Source: a virus. From it: a stretch of 64,000 nt of DNA. Location of the stretch: the UHGV virus genome UHGV-0141439; one strand, 5' to 3'. The notes beneath the pieces were generated by a model, which searched no databases, was not told the DNA's origin, and saw only the letters and a program-made list of their open reading frames with translations. Below, piece after piece: positions 57,441 through 64,000 of the stretch (the stretch's first letter is position 1; each line of letters opens with the position of its first letter). A program made the position numbers and the translations under genes.

Positions 57441-58029
57441 GTGTCTTAGCTACTTCCTGAGACAAGGCAGCTTTAACGTTACCCGTATCTTGCATTACTT
57501 TGTCTGACTTGCTCTGGAGTTTAGACAGTTTGTCGTTAGCATTAGCGATATCTTCACGGAGTGCATCACGTGATTCTTTCGCTTCAGCTAATTTCTGAGC
57601 GTTAGATTTAACTCCCTGCCGCTTCTTATTTCCGTCATCAATATTTTTTGCTGCACGAGCAAGTTTTCGAGCTAATGACTTCTGGAAAGAAGTTGCTCCG
57701 CGATTAAATAAAGCCGCAAGAGATTGCCCCAAAGCCGACATTGTTTTTACTGGCTTGAACGGTACTGTTTTACCATTCAGTTTGATCCCAGATATATCAC
57801 CGGTATCGTTAACCTGAACTTCCATTGTCTGTTCATCAATACCAATAAGGGTAAACGTGCGCGTCATGATCCCATCTTTCTTCCTGCCATTACTTGCAGG
57901 GATCACCCTCGCTATCTTGTAACCACCTTTGCTGATTTCTTTGACGAGTTTTGCCAGCCCCTTTTCGTTTAACTCATCATAATTAAGAAGAACATAATTA
58001 TTCTTATTTGACATCCCAGTCTCCTTCAC
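57394..58029 (-). CDS. Hypothetical lysine-rich 211-aa protein
   Basis: Track ORF overlapping its neighbours. Confidence 0.35.
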   Translation of the reverse strand: MKETGMSNKNNYVLLNYDELNEKGLAKLVKEISKGGYKIARVIPASNGRKKDGIMTRTFTLIGIDEQTMEVQVNDTGDISGIKLNGKTVPFKPVKTMSALGQSLAALFNRGATSFQKSLARKLARAAKNIDDGNKKRQGVKSNAQKLAEAKESRDALREDIANANDKLSKLQSKSDKVMQDTGNVKAALSQEVAKTRALKEEIARLEDEHD

Positions 58030-58450
58030 GCTTTTCGATCGTAAACTGGCGCTCTATGCAGTCATTGATAGGGAAAATGCGATAAAGCGGATTCAGTCGA
58101 CAGTTACCGTTAGTCAATGTGACTTTCAGATCCCACTTCGTTGGCTCAAGATATTTCGTATCGATGAGCAAATACTCTTCTCTCTCACCGCGTTTTGAGG
58201 CGTCAACTGGTCGCGTTTTCCCTGAAATAACCACAGATGGATTTTTCAGGTCTTGCAACCAATATTCGATTTGAGCATTGCTGACCCAGCTTCGCTTAAC
58301 ACGTAGCGAAACAGGAAATGCTATAGCGGATTCTTTCACTACAGCGTCACCAATACTCAAAATCTCAACACTCTTGCGACGAAAAATGAAACGGTCAATG
58401 ATGGCAACAAATGCCATGATAAAAATGAAATAATTTCCAAAGTTACCCAT
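58004..58450 (-). CDS. LydB-like antiholin candidate
   Basis: 148 aa with an N-terminal hydrophobic helix; immediately downstream of the holin-like gene. Confidence 0.4.
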   Translation of the reverse strand: MGNFGNYFIFIMAFVAIIDRFIFRRKSVEILSIGDAVVKESAIAFPVSLRVKRSWVSNAQIEYWLQDLKNPSVVISGKTRPVDASKRGEREEYLLIDTKYLEPTKWDLKVTLTNGNCRLNPLYRIFPINDCIERQFTIEKREGDWDVK

Positions 58451-58776
58451 TATTTCTCTCCACCTTTTCCCCCATTCGCTATTACGCTTAAGAGATTCAA
58501 GACGTTACTAGCTCTGGACTTCAAGCCCTGTAAAATTTCACTACCGTTGTTACTGGCAATCAGAACAACGCAGAAAATGATACCTTCAGGCCATTCTTGG
58601 CTAACCGCCACCCCATACCCCGCAAGCCCGGCTGTTACCGCAGTAAACAATTCACTCGCAAGATTGAGCAGGGACGCAGAAATGCGCCCGTCTCTAACTC
58701 CGAGAAGGAATACGCCGGTTCCACTTAGTAGGGATGTTATGACTACTACAGCCAGATTTTCATAATCTGCAAACAT
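58450..58776 (-). CDS. Holin-like protein (LydA-like)
   Basis: 108 aa with two to three hydrophobic helices and a charged C-terminus; GGAGGG RBS. Confidence 0.5.
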   Translation of the reverse strand: MFADYENLAVVVITSLLSGTGVFLLGVRDGRISASLLNLASELFTAVTAGLAGYGVAVSQEWPEGIIFCVVLIASNNGSEILQGLKSRASNVLNLLSVIANGGKGGEK

Positions 58777-58852
58777 ACCCCTCCAGAAATAACATCTAAT
58801 GCGCCACTAACTTAGTCAGTTTGTTATTTCCTTACAGGACATCTTCTAGAAT

Positions 58853-58878
58853 CTCCCCCCTTAACATACAAGGGGGGA
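58853..58878. other. GC-rich hairpin CCCCCCTT-N7-AAGGGGGG between lydA and cin, overlapping the cin RBS
   Basis: Read directly. Confidence 0.5.
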
Positions 58879-58881
58879 CAT

Positions 58882-59442
58882 ATGCTTATTGGATACATTC
58901 GCGTATCAACTAATGACCAAAACACCGCTTTACAACGAAACGCCCTTGAAAGCGCAGGATGTGAGCTAATTTTTGAGGATAAGGCGAGCGGCAAAAAGGC
59001 TGAACGCCCAGGGTTAAAAAAGGTTCTGCGTATTCTTTCCAGAGGTGACACCCTGGTCGTATGGAAGTTAGATCGTCTTGGGCGCAGCATGCGTCACTTG
59101 GTTGTGCTGGTGGAAGAGCTGCGTGACAGAGGCATTAACTTCCGGAGTCTCACTGACTCCATCGACACCAGTACACCAATGGGGCGCTTTTTCTTTCACG
59201 TAATGGGGGCGCTGGCAGAAATGGAACGTGAGCTTATCATTGAACGTACACGCGCTGGACTTGATGCAGCTCGCGCAGAAGGTCGTATAGGTGGGCGTCG
59301 GCCTAAATACCAAGAAGAAACATGGCAGCAAATGCGGCGATTGCTGGAGAAGGGCATCCCTCGTAAGCAAGTTGCAATCATCTATGATGTGGCTGTTTCC
59401 ACGCTTTATAAGAAGTTTCCGGCATCATCATTTCAATCCTAA
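58882..59442 (+). CDS. cin: Serine DNA invertase (Cin/Gin/Hin family)
   Basis: 186 aa, near-collinear with Gin (MLIGY(I/V)RVSTNDQNT, DTLVVWKLDRLGRSM, SPMGRFFFHVMGALAEMERELIIERT). Confidence 0.9.
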   Translation: MLIGYIRVSTNDQNTALQRNALESAGCELIFEDKASGKKAERPGLKKVLRILSRGDTLVVWKLDRLGRSMRHLVVLVEELRDRGINFRSLTDSIDTSTPMGRFFFHVMGALAEMERELIIERTRAGLDAARAEGRIGGRRPKYQEETWQQMRRLLEKGIPRKQVAIIYDVAVSTLYKKFPASSFQS

Positions 59443-59458
59443 ACCTTGGTTTAAGAGA
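59433..59458. other. Left recombination site (gix/cix-like)
   Basis: AATCCTAAACCTTGGTTTAAGAGAA resembles the gix/hix consensus; directly after the cin stop. Confidence 0.55.
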
Positions 59459-59590
59459 ACTCGGTACCAGCGGTGAAAAGATCCCCCTGTTGAGTACGGC
59501 TAACACATGGAGTGCGCGCCAGACTTTCAACGGCGGGATCACCGGGGCGCTGACAGGGAACGCCGACACCGCGACGAAATTGAAAACAGC
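59443..59590. repeat. Left arm of a ~148-bp inverted repeat
   Basis: Matches the reverse complement of 63182-63329 with two mismatches. Confidence 0.85.
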
Positions 59591-60554
59591 TCGAACAATC
59601 AACGGGGTGGGATTTGATGGTTCTAAAGATATTACACTGACTCCTGAAAATCTTGGCTTGACGGATATCGTGTCTCAAGCTGGTAACGCCGTTCAGCGTT
59701 CCGGCGATAAAATGACCGGAGAACTGAAAATTGGTACGGTGAATGCGCTTCGGATATTTGATGAAGCATTCGGTCTTATTTTCCGTCGTTCAGAAGATTT
59801 TCTTCATTTCATTCCGACGGCTGAAGGACAAGGCGAAAACGGTGATATCGGCCCATTAAGGCCATTCGCTATAAATCTGAGAACAGGTGCTATATCTGTC
59901 AGCCACGGGGCCAAAATTGAAGGAGGTCTAGCTATTGGTGCTACTGATAACGCACTGGGTGAAAACTCCATTGTTCTGGGAGATAACGACACCGGATTTA
60001 GGCAAGATGGAGATGGTATTATTAGCTTCTATTCAAATGGTTCGCGCATCGGACATATTGATGGGTTAGGATTATATCTTTATAAAGATATTGAATCTAA
60101 TGGCAGCAATTTTAGATTAAAAAGTAATTACCGCCACCACATTACATTCGCCAACGAAGACGGAAGTATTCGTATGTTTTTGTGGAAAGATAACGGTGGT
60201 GATGGTGTTCATATTAATAACGGTTCAGATGGTGGTGGTGACTTCATCTTTAAAAGGGATGGCGGTTTCACTCTGGGAAGTGGTGCGCAAGTCGCGTCTA
60301 GTGGCGATATTTATGGTTCAGTGTGGGAAAACAACTGGTTAAGCACATGGCTGCATAATCATGTCGTTCGGGATATTCGTCTTGGCAGCATTGAACATAA
60401 AAACGTATGGCGCGACTACGGCTTTGGCGATGCGTCAGGTTATGTTTTAACAGCCGCAATTAACAGCAATGCGGATGATATTGTCGACACTGTTGCCAGA
60501 AGGCCAATTCAGAAATTGATTGGGGGAATATGGTACAACGTGGGGAGTGTTTAA
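59490..60554 (+). CDS. Alternative tail-fibre C-terminal segment (Sv'), expressed only after inversion
   Basis: Its N-terminus [36 protein letters not shown] is the same as the segment encoded across the right repeat of the S gene. Confidence 0.7.
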   Translation: MSTANTWSARQTFNGGITGALTGNADTATKLKTARTINGVGFDGSKDITLTPENLGLTDIVSQAGNAVQRSGDKMTGELKIGTVNALRIFDEAFGLIFRRSEDFLHFIPTAEGQGENGDIGPLRPFAINLRTGAISVSHGAKIEGGLAIGATDNALGENSIVLGDNDTGFRQDGDGIISFYSNGSRIGHIDGLGLYLYKDIESNGSNFRLKSNYRHHITFANEDGSIRMFLWKDNGGDGVHINNGSDGGGDFIFKRDGGFTLGSGAQVASSGDIYGSVWENNWLSTWLHNHVVRDIRLGSIEHKNVWRDYGFGDASGYVLTAAINSNADDIVDTVARRPIQKLIGGIWYNVGSV

Positions 60555-60555
60555 G

Positions 60556-61083
60556 ATGATGCACCTGAAAAATATTAAGGCCGGGAATCCGAAAACACCG
60601 GAACAATACCAGCTAACTAAAAAAGCGGGCGTGGTATGGCTCTTTTGCGAAGATGGCAAGAACTGGTATGAGGAACAAAAGAATTTTCAGCCAGACACCA
60701 TAAAAATTGCTTACGATGAGAACAACATCATCGTTGCTGTCAGTAAAGACGTTTCAACTATTAATCCTGAAGGGCTAAGCATAGTTGAAGTTCCTGATAT
60801 TACGGCAAATCGTCGCGCAGACAATAACGGAAAATGGATGTTTCTGGATGGTAAAGTAGTAAAGAGGGAATATACAGAACAGGAACTGCAACAACAGGCC
60901 GAATCACAAAAGGCCGCGTTACTTTCCGAAGCAGAAAGCGTTATTCAGCCACTGGAACGCGCCGTCAGGCTGAATATGGCGACGGATGAGGAACGCGCAC
61001 GACTGGAGTCATGGGAACGCTACAGTGTTCTGGTCAGCCGTGTGGATACGGCAAATCCTGAATGGCCACAAAAGCCTGAATAA
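60556..61083 (+). CDS. Tail-fibre assembly protein, alternative copy (U')
   Basis: [45 protein letters not shown] is paralogous to 61112-61645. Confidence 0.75.
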   Translation: MMHLKNIKAGNPKTPEQYQLTKKAGVVWLFCEDGKNWYEEQKNFQPDTIKIAYDENNIIVAVSKDVSTINPEGLSIVEVPDITANRRADNNGKWMFLDGKVVKREYTEQELQQQAESQKAALLSEAESVIQPLERAVRLNMATDEERARLESWERYSVLVSRVDTANPEWPQKPE

Positions 61084-61111
61084 AAATTAAGGCCCGATAT
61101 CGGGCCTTGTC

Positions 61112-61645
61112 TCATTCAGGTTGTTCGGGAAACGTTACTGGCAGGCAGGAGGTGTCTGTGGATTCGACTTTCTGCGCATAGAGCATCCACTCTGTTAATT
61201 TTTGTTTATTCTCGTCGGAAATGATACCCAGCCGTAGCTGTGAGTCCCATAGCTGTGTTTTATCCCTGACGAGCTGTAGCAGGCTTTGCTTTTCATTTTC
61301 CGCTTGTTGCCTCTGCTCTTCCTCGGTATAAGTTCGCTTTATCACTACGCCATCTTTGAACATCCATTTACCCGAAATATCAGCCCGGCGATTTGCTGTA
61401 ATGTCAGCAACCTCAACCACACTTAAACCTTCTGGATTTATTGTAGATACGTCTTTATTTATAGCCACAATAATTCCATCTGATGTGTAAGCAATTTTTA
61501 TAGTGTCATCCTGGAAGTTCTTTTGTTCCTCATACCAGTTTTTACCGTCTTCAGAATACAACCAGACAACACCAAATTGTCGCGTCAATTCATATTGTTC
61601 AACAGTTTTTGGATTACCTGATCTGATGTTTTTTAAGTGCTGCAT
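61112..61645 (-). CDS. Tail-fibre assembly protein (U)
   Basis: 177 aa, [45 protein letters not shown]; follows the S gene. Confidence 0.8.
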   Translation of the reverse strand: MQHLKNIRSGNPKTVEQYELTRQFGVVWLYSEDGKNWYEEQKNFQDDTIKIAYTSDGIIVAINKDVSTINPEGLSVVEVADITANRRADISGKWMFKDGVVIKRTYTEEEQRQQAENEKQSLLQLVRDKTQLWDSQLRLGIISDENKQKLTEWMLYAQKVESTDTSCLPVTFPEQPE

Positions 61646-61647
61646 AA

Positions 61648-64000
61648 TTAAATACTTCCCGCGTTATACCAAGTGCCATTGATACAATACTGCACTGGCC
61701 TTGCTTGAGTTGTATCAATAAGTTCGTCCCCATTTGAGTTGATTGAGGCAGTAACAACATAACCAGATTTATCACCCCAACCAGGGCCATTCCATGTTTG
61801 CACTGACGATTTTGTACCTAATCGAATACCTGTAATAAATCGTGAATTGCATTCTGCTTTGGTATATGCCCCAACATCTCCCGCAGATGGTTTACGTGTT
61901 GTAGTGTAAAATTCTGACCAGTCGGCTTCAAAACCATAATCGTCACGCGCTGAACGATAAAAGATACCGCCGTTCGTATAATTCACGCGGAACTGTACAG
62001 CAGGGCAACTCCCCACATTCATATTGAAGTGGAGGATTAATGTCGTTGCACCACTGATATCTGCATCATAAACACCGCTATTCCAGTTCCAGCCAACAGC
62101 TTTATCATTTGCAACCCTGCTTCCTGTTTGCCCTAAAGCGAATGCAGGCTGCTGGTTTTTCGTGTTGTAGTCTCGTCGCCAGCCAGGAGCATAAGCATCA
62201 CCATGATTAATATAAGTGAATTGAGCGTTAGTGGTGCCGCCTCCGCTGGAAGTGCTCGGTGTGGTTATACGAATGGTCATTGCGCCTTTATTGCCCATAA
62301 CTTCAATAACGCAACCCGCAAGGTGAATAAGTCCACATCCGGTGTCAGTAATAATTTTATTATTGCCGTATGACCATGAGCATTTACACATCCAGTATGG
62401 ATGATTGAAGGCCCACTGAGATTCCAGCCATTCAATAAATTGCGCCGTCGTCCAGTTTCCTGCACCTGTGCTAATAGAGCCATGAAAAGAGCGGCAAGCA
62501 CCTATTGTTTGCGTAAATTTATCTTTGTTTGGAATATCTGCGCCGTTCTGGTTTTTCTGTAATGCTCCTGCGGCTAATTCTACAGTTTGCTCAAGATTTA
62601 AATCTGCCGCCGTTAGCTCAATATTTTTAGAACCATCAAACGACACCCCATTTATAGTTCGAGCGGTTTGTAACTTGGTCGCTGTCGCTGCATTACCTGT
62701 TGTATTCTGATTGCCAGTGGCATTCACACCAGGAATGGAGTCCCTTGATGTATAGACCTGCGCCCACGCTGACCATTCCGAACCTACGGTATCTCTTCGT
62801 GAGCGAATGAAAACTGGCGCATGTGCACCGCTCGTACCACTCCAGCCAATAAGCAACTCTCCCTCACCAGAAGCACTCGCACCTTTCATGTGCAATACGT
62901 TGCCATACATGGTCGGGTAGCTATTGTTGTACGCCTCATACATTTGAATACCAGCAGTACCCTGAGTAGAGCCACTTAACGCCGTTACGGGCCCGCGTGA
63001 TACCAATGTATTAATGTTGATATCGCCTGAGCCATCAAACTTAACACCATTGATGTTTCTCGCCGTCGCAAGTTTTGTCGCGGTAGCAGCATTCCCCGTG
63101 GTGTTCTGGTTACCAGTTGTATTTACACCTGGAAGATTGATATTGGCCGAGCCATCAAATGCCACACCGCCAATAGTGCGTGCTGTTTTCAATTTCGTCG
63201 CGGTGTCGGCATTCCCTGTCAGCGCCCCGGTGATCCCGCCGTTGAAAGTCTGGCGTGCACTCCATGTGTTAGCCGTACTCAACAGGGGGATCTTTTCACC
63301 GCTGGTACCGAGTTCTCTTAAACCAAGGTATTGGATAACAGCAAGAACGCTTGTTTTGGCCAGAATATCGCGACCGACTGACGTTAAGTCAGTCTGAGAA
63401 ACAGTGTCTGTACCGGTAAAGTACGGCAATTTATTTGCGCCTGTCGCAAGACCAGCAAGCGCGGTTAAAGTTGCATCAAGTGGCTGTTTCCCTGCCAGCG
63501 CATTTGTCATTGTTGTCGCAAAGTTCGGGTCATTGCCCAGTGCTGCTGCAAGCTCATTCAGGGTATCAAGAGCTTCTGGTGATGAACCAACCAATGCGGA
63601 TATGGCAGCTCTTACATAAGCGGTCGTAGCAATCTGCGTGTTATTCGTACCCTGTGCAGCGGTAGGCGCAGTAGGTATTCCCGTTAATGCAGGACTTGCC
63701 AAAGGCGCTTTGAGAGCTAGGACATTGTTGATAGTTGTGCTGAAATTCGGGTCGTTATTGATCGCAGCCGCTATTTCTTTCAGCGTATCCAGTGTGCCAG
63801 GTGCGCCGTTGATAAGTGCCGTTATAGCTGCCTTAACAAAGGCTGTATTTGCAATCTGCGTGCTATTTGTGCCTTGTGAGGCCGTAGGTGCTGTCGGCGT
63901 ACCTGTGAACGCCGGGCTTGCCAAAGGCGCTTTGAGAGCCAGGGAATTGTTGATAGTTGTGCTGAAATTCGGGTCGTTATTGATCGCAGCCGCTATTTCT
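61648..64000 (-). CDS. Tail-fibre protein S (constant N-terminal part plus currently expressed variable part); 5' end lies beyond the window
   Basis: The frame stays open past the track start (TTG at 63924) to the window edge; repeated PAFTG..PTAPTA.QGTN.TQIA motifs; crosses the right inverted repeat. Confidence 0.8.
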   Translation of the reverse strand, partial: EIAAAINNDPNFSTTINNSLALKAPLASPAFTGTPTAPTASQGTNSTQIANTAFVKAAITALINGAPGTLDTLKEIAAAINNDPNFSTTINNVLALKAPLASPALTGIPTAPTAAQGTNNTQIATTAYVRAAISALVGSSPEALDTLNELAAALGNDPNFATTMTNALAGKQPLDATLTALAGLATGANKLPYFTGTDTVSQTDLTSVGRDILAKTSVLAVIQYLGLRELGTSGEKIPLLSTANTWSARQTFNGGITGALTGNADTATKLKTARTIGGVAFDGSANINLPGVNTTGNQNTTGNAATATKLATARNINGVKFDGSGDININTLVSRGPVTALSGSTQGTAGIQMYEAYNNSYPTMYGNVLHMKGASASGEGELLIGWSGTSGAHAPVFIRSRRDTVGSEWSAWAQVYTSRDSIPGVNATGNQNTTGNAATATKLQTARTINGVSFDGSKNIELTAADLNLEQTVELAAGALQKNQNGADIPNKDKFTQTIGACRSFHGSISTGAGNWTTAQFIEWLESQWAFNHPYWMCKCSWSYGNNKIITDTGCGLIHLAGCVIEVMGNKGAMTIRITTPSTSSGGGTTNAQFTYINHGDAYAPGWRRDYNTKNQQPAFALGQTGSRVANDKAVGWNWNSGVYDADISGATTLILHFNMNVGSCPAVQFRVNYTNGGIFYRSARDDYGFEADWSEFYTTTRKPSAGDVGAYTKAECNSRFITGIRLGTKSSVQTWNGPGWGDKSGYVVTASINSNGDELIDTTQARPVQYCINGTWYNAGSI
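63182..63329. repeat. Right arm of the inverted repeat
   Basis: Reverse complement of 59443-59590. Confidence 0.85.
63313..63338. other. Right recombination site (gix/cix-like)
   Basis: Reverse complement TTATCCAATACCTTGGTTTAAGAGAA, compared with gix TTATCCAAAACCTCGGTTTACAGGAA. Confidence 0.6.
63661..64000. repeat. Near-identical tandem repeat (~230-bp unit) in the 5' part of the S gene
   Basis: 63661-63790 closely matches 63891-64000; encodes a repeated ~76-aa unit. Confidence 0.7.

Larger units (their letters stand above)
59443..63329. mobile_element. Invertible tail-fibre segment (P1 C-segment / Mu G-segment type)
   Basis: Bounded by the inverted repeats; contains Sv-U on the minus strand and the alternative Sv'-U' on the plus strand; invertase adjacent. 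Confidence 0.8.

Noticed and set aside
58004-58776. Calling 46587-47072 or the LydB-like gene the endolysin
   Set aside because: No lysozyme or transglycosylase catalytic motif was recognised in either; the TIGR02594/CHAP-like protein is left as a putative cell-wall hydrolase of unknown role.
1-64000. Insertion sequences, transposases, integrase/att sites, rRNA genes
   Set aside because: No transposase-like or rRNA-like sequence was recognised; the only recombinases are Cre-like and Cin-like, both with their own sites. This is consistent with a plasmid-like P1-type element, though I cannot exclude features outside the window.

Overview
This 64-kb window reads as a segment of a P1-family temperate phage / phage-plasmid from an enterobacterium, but with its own gene order and several inserted cassettes. 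All calls below are from reading the sequence and ORF translations by eye; no database search or RNA-folding tool was run, and hand-derived coordinates may be off by 1-2 nt. Recognisable backbone: a Dam-like methyltransferase N-terminus and a separate C5-type methyltransferase-like gene (bp 1-971), RdgC (886-1791), a Ref-like HNH nuclease (11644-12222), UmuD'-like HumD (22495-22884), dUTPase, Cre recombinase (26649-27677) with a lox-like 13-8-13 site (27829-27862), PacB/PacA terminase with an Lpa-like gene (29172-32433), four tRNAs (33963-35157), a 2279-aa DarB-like methyltransferase-helicase (39596-46435), an Icd/Ant immunity module (47302-48233), LydA/LydB-like lysis genes, and a Cin invertase with an invertible tail-fibre segment (58882-63338). 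A lambdoid-style accessory block (12.4-22.9 kb) carries a Ser/Thr phosphatase, DUF551, ClpX-type zinc finger and four Ea22-like paralogues. A conserved 17-bp motif, TGTTAGAAA(A/T)(T/C)TAATTT, recurs about 17 times, four times as face-to-face pairs, at positions matching P1 C1-controlled genes; I read it as the operator set of a C1-type repressor with a different specificity. I cannot pin down one undescribed system with certainty. The strongest candidates are the AT-rich HEPN-motif plus secreted-protein cassette (52590-53524), the operator-flanked cassette at the position where P1 carries res-mod (36397-38722), the AT-rich membrane-protein insert beside higBA (5971-6921), the degenerate PacB paralogue with DUF2829 and dUTPase neighbours (22930-25761), and the structured non-coding tRNA island (33510-36396).
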